Assembly: GCF_028368995.1 (NCBI RefSeq)
Contig: NZ_JAQNDL010000003.1
Span: 800,001 to 864,000 of the forward strand
Source: Nannocystis bainbridge
GTDB lineage: Bacteria; Myxococcota_A; Polyangia; Nannocystales; Nannocystaceae
Direction: 5' to 3'
Length of the DNA: 64,000 nt
Both the position numbers and the translations under genes were made by a program. How positions within the stretch are numbered: the first letter of the stretch is position 1; every line of letters begins with the position of its first letter. The notes under the pieces were generated by a model, which saw only the letters and a program-made list of their open reading frames with translations, had not been told where the DNA came from and did no database searches. Positions 9,816 through 21,100 of the stretch are shown in pieces.

Positions 9816-10825
9816 CCCCCGACCTCAGCTGCTACGGCGAACACATCCGCGGGCTCGCCGACCTCGTCGGCGATTTCGACCTGCGCTCGCCGATGGACGT
9901 GCATGCCTGGTACCGGGTGGAGTGGCAGGCGATCGCCGAGCTGCTCGGGTTCTCGCAGGAGCTGGAGGCGACGCTCGCCCCGCTCCGCGTCGTCCGCGAC
10001 CGCGTGACCGCGACCAACCAGGCTGGCATCGACGCCTTCGCACGCTGGCTCCGCGGGCAACGACCTGGTCTTTCTGACAGCCACGCTCGCACCCAGGATG
10101 CCGTGCTGACGCAACTCGTCGCCACCGGCGAGGAGCGGGGCGAGATGTGGCGTGTGGCGGTCGACCCGACGACCCTCGCCACCGGCGCGTGTTACGACGA
10201 CGGCGGCCAGCTCCGCCGCGCGTTCTACCCCGACACGGCGCCGGGGTACTTCGGAGACGGCTGGAACGGCCCGCCGCCGCGGGCGGAGAGCGCGTGCGGC
10301 TGGACCACGCCGCTCGTGCTGCACCTCGGCACCTTCCCGTGGGTATACAGCTCACGGATCGACGGGCCTGGCGTCGGCGCGCGCTGGGCCTCGAGCGCGA
10401 ACATGCCGGCCGTCGCTGGGATGCGGGCCATGGCGCGGCTGCTCGAGCCCGGCGGAAACCTCAGCCAGGACGCCCGCCAGGTCGCGGCGATCTTCGAGCA
10501 CTTCACCGCCCACACCGCGCCGCTCATCGCCCGCCTGCCCGTCTATCAGCCCGGCCGCGCCGTGGCCGGACAGCTCTACCGGCGCGCGGGCTTCCTGTAT
10601 GTCCATCAGGGCAGCCTGCACCTCGCCGGTCTGTCCGGCCCTCGCGGTCGCATCACCGCTCCGGCCTACAACTACTCTCTGCGCCGCTTCGCCTGCTTCT
10701 TCGCGGTGCGACGCGCGGCCTTGCGGGCCCTCGTGGCGCTGCCGTCCAACCTCCAGCGGATCGCCGAGAGCTCGGGCGACCCGTGCCTGCGACGACACGT
10801 CGAGGAGGTGGCTCGTGCCGGCTGA
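9812..10825 (+). CDS. Hypothetical protein
   Basis: ATGA overlap; 337 aa; no family recognised. Confidence 0.7.
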   Translation: MTPDLSCYGEHIRGLADLVGDFDLRSPMDVHAWYRVEWQAIAELLGFSQELEATLAPLRVVRDRVTATNQAGIDAFARWLRGQRPGLSDSHARTQDAVLTQLVATGEERGEMWRVAVDPTTLATGACYDDGGQLRRAFYPDTAPGYFGDGWNGPPPRAESACGWTTPLVLHLGTFPWVYSSRIDGPGVGARWASSANMPAVAGMRAMARLLEPGGNLSQDARQVAAIFEHFTAHTAPLIARLPVYQPGRAVAGQLYRRAGFLYVHQGSLHLAGLSGPRGRITAPAYNYSLRRFACFFAVRRAALRALVALPSNLQRIAESSGDPCLRRHVEEVARAG

Positions 10826-10877
10826 ACGCTGTCCACGCCACTCGACGAGCGGAACCGCGCTGGTCTACCCTGCGCGT

Positions 10878-11243
10878 ATGAACGCTCGCGCCTTGATCGT
10901 CCCCGTCCTCCTTCTCCTTGTCGCCGACAGCGTCGGCTGCAAGGACGAGCCTACCGTCAACACGCCTGGTGAGTTCGGCGACCCATGCATCCCGGGCGAG
11001 AACGATGATACGCCCGATGGCTGCGTAGCTGGCATGGAGTGCTACGTGGGCTACTGCGAGGAAAAGTGCACTGAAGATATCGACTGCCAGGCAGTCGAAG
11101 GATGGAACCACGTCTGCGTGGCTGGGCTTTGTCACATCTCTTGCGATGGCGACACTGGTTGCCCCGAGACTCTTGGGGCCTCCCTGGTCTGTGGGGTCAT
11201 CGGTACTTCGCGTTGGTGTGAAGCTAAGGATGATGAATTATGA
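10878..11243 (+). CDS. Cys-rich lipoprotein
   Basis: MNARALIVPVLLLLVADSVGC lipobox; many Cys; more AT-rich than flanks. Confidence 0.75.
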   Translation: MNARALIVPVLLLLVADSVGCKDEPTVNTPGEFGDPCIPGENDDTPDGCVAGMECYVGYCEEKCTEDIDCQAVEGWNHVCVAGLCHISCDGDTGCPETLGASLVCGVIGTSRWCEAKDDEL

Positions 11244-13150
11244 AGTTCGATCCCAACAGCCGGCTTTTTGATCGAGTTCCTGATCTCTTCCAAAGCCCGT
11301 TTCCCGGCGCGGATGCCTACGCTGATAACGCATTTCAGGCTCTTCTGTCGAGGGCTATCGGGTCCGGACAGGGCCGAACGGTTGGTCAGGAACTTCTCAC
11401 ACAAGCAGGGGCCCAGGCGTGGAATCAGGCCACGCAGATGTTGTGGAAGTCCAAGGCGACACAGGCAGGCGATATTCTTGGCGACGTCTGGTCGAAAATT
11501 GCCTGGATTGATTCCAAGAAGGACTCCATTGCCGGCGTGTTGGCGGAGGTACCATTTCCGCTAACGACAGATCCGCAGCAACTTGTCAGCGCCATAGCTG
11601 GCGTGGCACTCGATCTAGCCCTCAACGCCGTAACCGCGGTGCCGGTGGTGGGGTGGATCGTGGGGATTGTGGTCGGCATCGGTCGCGCCTTGGCCCCTCT
11701 CTTCACGGGGCTCCTTAATGAGGACGACCAAGTTCTCGTCGAACGTCGTAATATGCTGCCTTGGCGTCGTTACAATGAGAAGATTGACCAATGGTGGGTC
11801 CAGAATTTTGTCAAGGTTGAAGCGGGAGGGTCCGACTGGACGCCGACGTTCTCACCACCCACCGAGGCGCACGCGTGGAGTCTCGCGGACGGCATTGATG
11901 AGGACGGTAACAAGATCGGGCAGGTGCTCGCGCCATTCTCGGGCAAGTCCGTTGCGTGGAACGGCGCCTACGGCTGCCTGCCCGGCACCTTTCGCGTCGC
12001 GGGGATCCTCCAGTATCGAGGCCGACCACAACCGCCGCACTCGGCGCTGCGCTTTTACAACGACGGCACGCTGATCCATCTCCACGGCGACTTCACGCAG
12101 ACGGGCGACTTTTACCCCTCGCTTCAGCAACTCGCCGGCACGTGCTGGCAGCAGGTCGCGGCCGGCGGCCCCGATAGCTACAAAGTCGACTGCGTCGCCC
12201 TCGAGAAGCTGTGGCGCGACTGGTTCACGGCGCTCTACACCTCGGTGATGGACCAGGGCCACGGAGACTGGCTCCTCGGCTACCTCGCGCGCGAGGTCCA
12301 CGGCGAGTGGCGGTTCGGCGCCAGCGCCTCCGGTGTCCTACGCCCCGAGGCCACGGACGGCACGACCGTTCCCCTTGTCACCCCAGGCACCTTCCAGAAT
12401 GGGGCGCTGGCGTCCCCGCGGTCGCGGACGACCTGCATGTATAGCGACCTCGTGCTCAAGGACAAACCGCGGACCCAGAGCGGATATCTGCCGCAAAAAT
12501 GGACGCGCGACGCCAAGACCAAAGAGTACGTTGCGCCGCAGATCTACGCCCAGACCGGCGGGCCCGGGATGGTCTGCGTCCCATGGCCGCCCGGCGAGCT
12601 GTTGCTCTCGAAGTACAAGCGGGCCGACGACATGATCGTCCTCCCCGCCGTTCGGGCGGTCGCCCAGCTCCAGCGGCGCCGGCTCTCACGCAGCCTCGAC
12701 TGCGCCTACGTCCGCCCCGACGCGGTCGGCGACAAGCCGGCCTACGCCGCCTTCCGCGACGCTTCGCTGAGGGCCCATTGCATCGAGATGCGCAAGCGCC
12801 TGCTTCAGCACCCGTCGCGGATGCTCGTCGAGTACGAGACGGCGCGCGAGGTCGACCCCGAGTACGCGAGCGCTCTCAAGGACGCCGGCGTGCCGACGAA
12901 CGCGATCCAGCGCGGGGCGGCCAAGCTCGGGCTGCGCGGCTCCGCCGGGGCCGAGGCGCTCGACCCGAAGACCCCGGCGCCCGATCGGCCTGTGCTACCG
13001 CAGGGCGGACTACCCTTTGACCCGGATCCCGAGCGGGACCGCGGCGGCCCCCGATGGCTCGGCCCCGCGGTACTCGGCGGCGCCGCACTCGCCACGACGA
13101 TCGCCGTCGCGGTCGGCGTCGCGCGAAGCAGAAGAACCAATGCACGATAG
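11240..13150 (+). CDS. 636-aa protein with internal hydrophobic hairpin and C-terminal anchor
   Basis: AIAGVALDLALNAVTAVPVVGWIVGIVVGIG; ends RWLGPAVLGGAALATTIAVAVGVARSRR. Confidence 0.8.
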   Translation: MKFDPNSRLFDRVPDLFQSPFPGADAYADNAFQALLSRAIGSGQGRTVGQELLTQAGAQAWNQATQMLWKSKATQAGDILGDVWSKIAWIDSKKDSIAGVLAEVPFPLTTDPQQLVSAIAGVALDLALNAVTAVPVVGWIVGIVVGIGRALAPLFTGLLNEDDQVLVERRNMLPWRRYNEKIDQWWVQNFVKVEAGGSDWTPTFSPPTEAHAWSLADGIDEDGNKIGQVLAPFSGKSVAWNGAYGCLPGTFRVAGILQYRGRPQPPHSALRFYNDGTLIHLHGDFTQTGDFYPSLQQLAGTCWQQVAAGGPDSYKVDCVALEKLWRDWFTALYTSVMDQGHGDWLLGYLAREVHGEWRFGASASGVLRPEATDGTTVPLVTPGTFQNGALASPRSRTTCMYSDLVLKDKPRTQSGYLPQKWTRDAKTKEYVAPQIYAQTGGPGMVCVPWPPGELLLSKYKRADDMIVLPAVRAVAQLQRRRLSRSLDCAYVRPDAVGDKPAYAAFRDASLRAHCIEMRKRLLQHPSRMLVEYETAREVDPEYASALKDAGVPTNAIQRGAAKLGLRGSAGAEALDPKTPAPDRPVLPQGGLPFDPDPERDRGGPRWLGPAVLGGAALATTIAVAVGVARSRRTNAR

Positions 13151-13161
13151 GGAGGTGGAAT

Positions 13162-14040
13162 GTGAAGTGGGGACTTCAGCATGTCAAGGTGACGCTCGAG
13201 GAGAGCGAATCAGGGGAGACCGTCGTCATCCAGCAGAGCTCGGATGGCCGCGTCACTTGTGAACGCGGAAAGCAGAGCAAATCCGAAAGCGCGGCAAACC
13301 ATGCACCGCGTGCTGCCAGGACCAAGACCGAGGCTTCCACGTCGGTCCCGGCGAAGCCGGTAGCGGAGAAGCGGCGCGAGGGGGAGGCACGCGCGGCCGA
13401 GGACAAACCGAAGGCCAGGGCCGCCGCAAAGAAGCCACGCGTCTCACAACCGGCAAGCCCGCCGAGCGGTGGCCGACGCACGTCGCTCGAGTGGATGCCG
13501 GTCAAAGATCACAAGTACGACGGCTTCGCCGCCCCGTCCGGCGCGGGGCATTTCAAGGCGCTGATTGCCGAGGGTACGCAGTGGGCGCTGTTCTTCGAGA
13601 TCAAGGGCATCGTGGTCAAACCCATCGCCTGCTTCGGCAAGGTCTCTGAAGCGAAGAAGCGCGCGCAGAAGCTCCACGATGCTGGCTGGCCCGAGTCCGA
13701 GTTCGGTCCTCTCACGGCGGGTCTGATCGCGCGCGCTTGCCCTGCGCCGGCGGGGAGGGCCGACGAGGGCACACAGCGAGGCGAAGAGCGGAAGGCCGCG
13801 CCAGAGACCGAGGAGAACCCGGCGCCCCCGAGGGTCGCGCCAAAGGCCAAGGAGAAGCCGGCCGTATCAAAGACCAAGGAGAAGCCGGCCGCGCAAGGGC
13901 CCGAGGAGAAGCCGGCCGCCCCGGAGCCCGAACCGAGGGGCCCGAGCAAGTCCGAAGCAGCCCAGGATCAGGAGCTGATGAGCGGCTTCACCAGCGAGAT
14001 CGAAAAGGCCCTCGACGAGGACGAGGACGAGGACGACTGA
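13162..14040 (+). CDS. Lys/Ala/Pro-rich protein with acidic tail (possible DNA-binding)
   Basis: GGAGG RBS + GTG; EKPA repeats; ends DEDEDEDD. Confidence 0.7.
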   Translation: MKWGLQHVKVTLEESESGETVVIQQSSDGRVTCERGKQSKSESAANHAPRAARTKTEASTSVPAKPVAEKRREGEARAAEDKPKARAAAKKPRVSQPASPPSGGRRTSLEWMPVKDHKYDGFAAPSGAGHFKALIAEGTQWALFFEIKGIVVKPIACFGKVSEAKKRAQKLHDAGWPESEFGPLTAGLIARACPAPAGRADEGTQRGEERKAAPETEENPAPPRVAPKAKEKPAVSKTKEKPAAQGPEEKPAAPEPEPRGPSKSEAAQDQELMSGFTSEIEKALDEDEDEDD

Positions 14041-14041
14041 C

Positions 14042-14437
14042 ATGTCTCATCAGCCAGGATCCATCTACAAGATCGGCGGCCGACGCTACGTCGACAGCCA
14101 GGCCGTTTACAACCTCGCCGACGCCCACGAGGTCGTCGCGCAGCATGACGGCTGGCGCGTGATGCTCGGCGCGGGTGCGGTCCATTGCGCCCGCGTCGAG
14201 GACCGCCCCGAGCTCCCGCGTCAGCGCGGCGCCCTCTACGAGCTGTCCGCCGCGGGCGGCGCGAGCCTCAAGGCCCAGCGAGCCACGTGGCTCTCCCAGG
14301 GCCTCGTCCAGCCCGGCGGCACCTTCGACGCCTGGCCCGGCGACCCGCCGGCGAAACCCGGCTGCGGCGGCTGCGGCAAGACCTGCGGCTGCGGCCCCTG
14401 CCGCCTCGAGCACGACACTGGCGAAGAGCATTCGTAG
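14042..14437 (+). CDS. Hypothetical protein with C-terminal Cys cluster
   Basis: CGGCGKTCGCGPC motif. Confidence 0.7.
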   Translation: MSHQPGSIYKIGGRRYVDSQAVYNLADAHEVVAQHDGWRVMLGAGAVHCARVEDRPELPRQRGALYELSAAGGASLKAQRATWLSQGLVQPGGTFDAWPGDPPAKPGCGGCGKTCGCGPCRLEHDTGEEHS

Positions 14438-14446
14438 GAGAGACCT

Positions 14447-15088
14447 ATGAAGCCCGCCGAGCTCCTCAAGATCGTCTTGCCGCGCTGGCGCGCGAAGATG
14501 TCGCAGCAGTTCTCGCTGGCGACGCTCGATGGCTTTGTCCGTCGAAACCGTGCCACGCTCGAAGAACTCGTCGCGCGCGCGCTCGCAAGTCGCCAGGCCG
14601 CGCACGGTGCATTGCCGGAGACTCCCGAGGAGTTCGCCGCTTACGACCGGCTCGTCGCGCGTGAACGGCCCCAGGATGCCGAGTCGGACGAGGCCGTCCT
14701 GACGCGGTTGTTCGAGCGAATCGACGAGTTGTTCGCCGAGGGCTACCGGGAGCTCCTGGTGCTCCGCAACGTCGGGCTCGAGTTCGTCGATGCACGCGCC
14801 GAGGCCATCCTTCTGCGCAAGGCCGGCTGGGACTCCGTGCCGCTCCTTCTCGGCCGCCCCGCGCTCGCCTTCGTCATCGCCGGCGCTGTCATGGCGGTCC
14901 GTGACTCGATGGGCAGCCTCGCTATCCATCCGGACCAAAGAGGCAAGCTGAACCATCTCCACTTCGACCTCAACCGGGCCGAGCAGCGAGTCGTCGATCT
15001 ATACGAGGCCATCGACATCGGGAGCGACACCAAGGAGCGCCTGGGGCGCTTCGCGGAATCCCTCTGGAAGCTCGCACGCGCCGCCTGA
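14447..15088 (+). CDS. Standalone paralog of the N-terminal domain of the downstream giant helicase-MTase
   Basis: Shared blocks LPRWR, DGF..RNR, LVARERP.DAE, RAEAILLR.AGWD.VPLLL.RP. Confidence 0.85.
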   Translation: MKPAELLKIVLPRWRAKMSQQFSLATLDGFVRRNRATLEELVARALASRQAAHGALPETPEEFAAYDRLVARERPQDAESDEAVLTRLFERIDELFAEGYRELLVLRNVGLEFVDARAEAILLRKAGWDSVPLLLGRPALAFVIAGAVMAVRDSMGSLAIHPDQRGKLNHLHFDLNRAEQRVVDLYEAIDIGSDTKERLGRFAESLWKLARAA

Positions 15089-15125
15089 CTGCCGTCGATC
15101 GCCTCCCTCGCATACGGAGATCCTC

Positions 15126-18100
15126 ATGACCCCCGCTGCCATCCTCGACAAGCTTCTGCCCCGCTGGCGCACCAAGCTGTCGCCGAACTACTCGCCCGAG
15201 TACATCGACGGCTTCATTCAACGCAACCGCCCCATGCTCGAGGCCGTCGTCGCGCGCACGATGATGCTGCGCCGAATCAAGCGGGGCGACCCGCCCAAGA
15301 CAGTCGACGAGTTCGCGGTCTACGCGAAGCTCGTCGCGCGCGAGCGGCCGAAGGACGCGGAGCCCGACGCCGCCGTGGTCAAGCGCGTGCTGAAGCGCAT
15401 GGATAAGATGCTCGCCCGCAAGGGGGATCCGGCCGGCCAGGAAGCCGCGGGCGCATTCGGCGTCGAGTACGCCGAGCTTCGCGCCGAGGCGATTCTCCTG
15501 CGACGGGCCGGCTGGGATGCGGTCCCGCTGCTCCTACGCCGACCCTCGCTGGCGCTCTTCTCCGCCGGCTCGGTCGTCGTCGTTCGCGACGCCCAGAAGT
15601 CGCTGCACTTCTTCCCTGGCCTTGAGGATAGCGGGGAGAAGATCCGCGCCGATGTGGCGGAGGTGCAGAGGCGTGTCCTGCAGCTCCGTGACGGCATCGT
15701 CGACGCCGCCCGCTTCGATCGCTACGCCATGGCTCTGTGGACGCGCGCCCGCGCCGGTGGCACCTCGGCCACCCCCTCGCGCGAGATCGAGACCCCGCCC
15801 GACCTGCGCGACAAGTCGTGGCGCACCGAGGCCAACCTCCAGGCGATGCGCCTCGTGCTGTCCAAAGAGCCAGGCGAGCTCACCGCCGAGGACCTCCAGG
15901 CCCTCGCGCAATATTCGGGCTGGGGCGGCCTGTCGATCGACAGCGTCAAGAAGATGCTCCCGCCCGAGCTCGTCCCCGAGTCCTTCGGCCTGATCCACGA
16001 GTATTACACCCCCACGGCGATCACCGAGTCGATCGCCGAGGCCTTGTGCTCCCTGCTGCCCGAGCTTGCCGGCAACGACGGCATCGTCCGAGCACTGGAA
16101 CCCAGCGCGGGCGTCGGTCGCCTGATCCGCGCGTTCAGCCCGCGCCGCTGCCTCGCGCTCGAGGCCGGCGGCCAGATCAAGAAGATCGCCTGGACGGCCG
16201 TCGAGTTCTCCAAGGTCAGCTCAACGCTGCTCCGCGCGCTGCGCCCTGACGTCGACCTCTACCACCTGCCCTTCGAGCGCTGGGTCCGCGACGAGGGCCC
16301 CCGCTATCAGGGCACCTTCGGCCTCATCGTCTCCAACCCGCCCTACGGCGAGCGCGGCGCGATGGCCCGCGAGGACCCCGACGAGTTTTACAAGGAGAAG
16401 CGCGCCTTCGCATACTTCATGCGACGCGCGCTCGACCTCCTGGTCCCGGGTGGTGTCGGCGTGTTCCTGATCCCCGCCGGCTTCATGAGCGGCAACCTCA
16501 ATCGCAACCTGCGCGAGAAGCTGCTGCGCCGCCATCACCTGCTCGGAGCCTTCCGCCTGCCGAGTCACGATCGCAAGGGGCGCGAGACGGTGCCCGGTGC
16601 GTCGGTCGTGATGGACGTCGTCTTCTGGCGCAGCCGCGGCGGCGAGCTGACCGAGGTCGACCCTGCCGATGACTTCATCCTCGACGGCGACTACTTCAAA
16701 CATCACCCGGACCACGTCCTCGGAAAGGAGGACGGCTCATTTGCCGGGGACGACGAGGCCGGCATGGCGCGGAGCTGGCGCTACAAGGTCACAGGCGACT
16801 TCAAGGGTCTGCCTCCGATCGAGCCGCGGCCCGTCTGCACCGCCTGCGTGCTCACGTCGATCGTGCAGCGCGACGATGTCGGTACATTTCAAACGGTCGC
16901 GCGCGAGGACGATGGCATCCCCGCCGACGTCGACGAAGATTTGCGCCCGGCGCTCGAGCTCGGCCGCCGCGTCGGCCGCTACCTCGTCGCTGTCGGCGCC
17001 GACGAGGCCGACAGGGCCGCGCAGCTCTGGCCCGAGCTCCACACTGCGCTCCGCGACTTCTCCACGAGCTTCGGGAACCCCTGGCGCTCCAAGCCCCTGC
17101 GCGAGCTCGCCGAGGGCCGCCGCAAGCTCGCCACGGCCCAGCAGGTCCTCAACGCCTTCGAGAAGACCGGCAGCGTCGTCCCCGCGCTGCGGGAGGCGCC
17201 GGCGGTCGCGCCGAAGTTCTCCGGCCAGCCCGACGATGTCATCGCCCAGGCCGAGGGGCTCTTTCGCCAGCAGCGCGCCCTGACCGTCGCGCAGCTCATG
17301 AGCTTCCATCAGCGCCAGGGCGGCACGCTCTCGACCGAAGCCACCCTCGCGGCTCTCCTCGCTGCCGGCTGGAACCTCGACGGCGACGCATGGGATCAGC
17401 TCCTCCCGAGCGACGCCTACCTGACGGGCAACGATCTGTGGGAGCGCCACGACCGCGCCGTCGAGCGCGCCCGTCGCGGCGACGAGCAGGCCAAGGTGCA
17501 GGCTCGCCGGTTGCTCGAGGCGATCAAGCCCGCTGTCTTCGATGACCTCACCGACATCAGCCCCCAGCACGGCTACGTCCCGCTGGACCTCGTCGCCGGC
17601 TGGATCTCCGCGACGTTGAACGGCCGCTACGGCGCCATCGAGCTCGAACGCAAGGGCGGCTTCGTGCAGGTCCGCGGTCACGATTACACAGCCGAGAACC
17701 TGCCCCCGATGGCGCCGGAGACCCTCGCGTTCCTTGGCTACTACAATCACGACCCCGAGCTCTTCCGGCCGCCGCAGGAGAAGCGGGAGCGCGACGCTGG
17801 GCCTACGAGCCGCGAGGATCGGGCCGCCAAGAAGCAGAGCCTCGCCGAGCGACGGCTGGCCCTGGCGAAGAAGTGGGACGAGTCGTTCAGGGCGTGGGTC
17901 GCCGCCGACGAAGCCCGACGTGAGCAGCTCGTCCACGCCTACAACCGAATCGCGCGCGGCCGCGTCGTCCCGACGTTCTCGCCCGAGCCCCTCGACATCG
18001 TCCGCTGGGGCTCGCACGCGCCGAAGCTCAAGCCGCACCAGATCGCCGGCGCACGCCGCGTGCTCGCGCAGCGTGGCGGCCTCGTCGCCTTCGACGTCGG

Positions 18101-21100
18101 CGTCGGCAAGACCTACACGGCGCTGGCGATCATCGCCCGCGCGCGCCAGGAGGGCTGGGTCCGGCGCCCCGTGATCCTCGTGCCCGGCTCTCTCGTGTGG
18201 AAGTGGCACGACGACATCCTCTGCACGTTGCCCGACTACCGCGTCGTGGTGATCGGCTCGAAGCGCAAGCGGATCACGCGCGGCGTCCGAAAGGACGTCA
18301 TCACCTCCGAGACCGACACCCCGCAGGAGCGGGCGAAGAAGTGGATCGCGCTCCAGACCGGTCAGGCCGACGTCGCCGTGCTCAGCTACGACGCGCTCGC
18401 GCGCACCAAGATGAACGAGGACGCGGTGATGGCCTATGTCGAGCAGGTCGAGGCCGTCTCGCGCTCGATCGCCCTCCGCAAGCGGACGCTCGAGGAGAAG
18501 GCGAAGAACGCCAAGCAGCGCGACAAGCTGACCGAGCGCGAGCGGGCGTTGCTCGAGCATGGCGTGCGCGCGTGGGTCGAGGAGATCCTCGCGCTGCCCT
18601 CCGACTGGGAGTACGACCCGGGCGTCGCATGGGACGAGCTCGGCATCGACATGCTCGTGATCGACGAGGCCGCTGCGTTCAAGAACCTCTACAAGCCGCA
18701 GGCGCGCGAGGACGGGGTGCCGAAGTTTATGGGTGGCGGTGGCGAGGGCTCCGACCGCGCCTGGCAGGTCGACTTCCGCGCGGCCGCCGTGCGCCGCCAG
18801 ACCGGTGGCGCCGGCATCGTCCTGCTCACCGCGACGCCCGCGAAGAACAGCCCGCTCGAGTTCTACAACCTGATCCAGTTCATCGACCCCGCCGCCTTCA
18901 CCAGGTCCGGCATTCGCGACCCCGAGCAGTTCATCGATCGGTTCCTCAAGATCGAATACCGCGAGGTCCTCGACGCCGCCTTCGACGTCACGAAGAAGAG
19001 CGCCGTGACCGGGTTCAAGAACCTCGATGACCTCCGCACGATCATCTTCACCTACGGCGAGTTCCGCACCGCCGCCGAGGTCGGCCTCAAGCTGCCGCGC
19101 CCGCTCGTCGAGACCCTCACGATCACGATGGACGAGGAGCAGGAGGCGAAGTACGCCCGCTACGTCGCGCAGATCGAGCGGATCCTCGAGAACCCGAACC
19201 CTGAAGGGGGCGAGAGCTACGCGATCCTCGGCCTCCTCGCGCGCCTGTCGCTGATCGCTCTGCACGCGTCGCTCGAGGACGGCTACAGCTACAAGACCGC
19301 GCTCGAGGGCGGCACGGTCCAGAAGCGCGTGTATCAAGACGGCGAGCCCGTCGAGGTCACTGTCCGGCTCGGTCGCCCGACCTACGAGAGCCCGAAGCTG
19401 ACCGAATGCGCGAAGCGGGTCGCAGCGAGCCCGCACTGCGGCCACATCATCTTCTGCGAGCCCACGGCGGTTCATCAGTGGATGCGCGAGGTCCTGGTGA
19501 AGCACGGGATCCCGCGCGAACGGATCGCCATCCTCAACGCCGAGGAGACCGCCCCCGCCGACCGGATCCGGATCGCCCGCGAGTTCAACGGTCTGTCCTC
19601 GGAGCCCCCCGCGCCCGGCACGTGCGCGCGTCCCACCGACAGCGCCATCGCGCCGAAGTACGACGTCGTCATCGCCAACTCGGTCGCCTACGAGGGCATC
19701 GACCTGCAGGTCCGGACCTGCACCATCCACCACCTCGATCTGCCCTGGACCCCCGCCGACCTCGAGCAGCGCAACGGCCGAGCCGTGCGCCAGGGCAACA
19801 CGCTCGGCACCGTCCAGATCTTCTACTACTTCGCCGACGGCTCGACCGATGGTTACCGATTCTCGCTCATCGACGGCAAGGCCGGCTGGCTCGGGGAGCT
19901 GATCAAGTCGCAGGTCCGCGACACCAACAACCCCGCGGCGCAGCAGCAACTCACGCCCGAGGACATCCTCCTGATGATCTCGCGCAACAAGGAGAAGACG
20001 CGCGCGTTGCTCGAGGAGAAGCGGAAGCGCCAGGTCGAGGAGGCGCGCGCCAGGATCGCCAAGGAGGCCGCGCGCCTGCTCCGGCAGGCGGCAGGCCGCT
20101 TCCGCGACGCCCGCACGAGCGCCGACCCGGAGCGCGCCGCCCGTCTGCGCGACGAGGGTGAACAGCGCCTCGCCGACCTCGAGCAGGTCAGCCCGGACGC
20201 GTGGCCGTGGGCGCCGTGGATGTACGCCGTCCGCGACGCGGACATGATCATCCCCGAGAACGGTGGCGCCCCGGTCTACGAGGGTCTGCGCGTCGCCCGG
20301 CCCCGCGCCGGTGCGCCGGACCAGCTCGAATACCTCGAGTTCGGCCAGATCGTCAGCACCGACGAGGGCGACAAGATCGGCCTACGGGCCGCGGGCTCGC
20401 CGGGCTGGCAGCTCATCGCCTACACCGGCACGCTCAACGGAACGCCCATCGCCGCCCGCGAGCTCCCGCGCGATGGCGGCCCGCTGTGGCCCGACGACGA
20501 CGACGCGCGCACAGGCGCCGCGATCGAGAAGAAGATCGACGAGGTCTTTCGCTACGGCCGATTCGAGAGCCTGCGCTGGCGCGGCGCCAGCGACGTCTGG
20601 CTGGAGAAGTGGTGGCCGCGCTTCGAGACGCCAATCACGGAGGGCCTCGCGCGGTCGCACCAGCGTGAGCAGGTGCCCGTAGTCGACGCCGAGGGCCTGG
20701 CGATCGCTACGGGCGCGGAGCTTCGCGGCGCCTCGATCGTCCCGCCAACCCGCGCCGGCTGGCAGGGCTTCCTCGAGCTCGCCCCGTCGAGCGGCGAGAG
20801 TTTTACCAACCTGAAGGACATCGGCCTGGCCTGGTGGGGCCGCAAGGTCCCGCAGGACCTGCTCTCGAAGCAGCGCAACTTCCTGCGCCACTTGATCGCG
20901 CCACGCCTGCTGGACGATCCCGCGTACCGCAACGCCCGCGAGAACTCCGACGCCCAGAACGCGCGCATCGAAAACGACAAGGCGCTCGGCCGAGTGATGC
21001 TGGCCCTCTTCAACGAAGATCCCGAGAGCCACGGCGAGCTCTACCGCCGCTTCTCCGACGACGAGGCGTTCCGCCGCTCGCTCCACGAGCAAGCCTTCGC

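Noticed and set aside
16737-19949. 1070-aa minus-strand ORF
   Set aside because: Antisense shadow of the helicase-MTase gene, typical of high-GC DNA; no motifs
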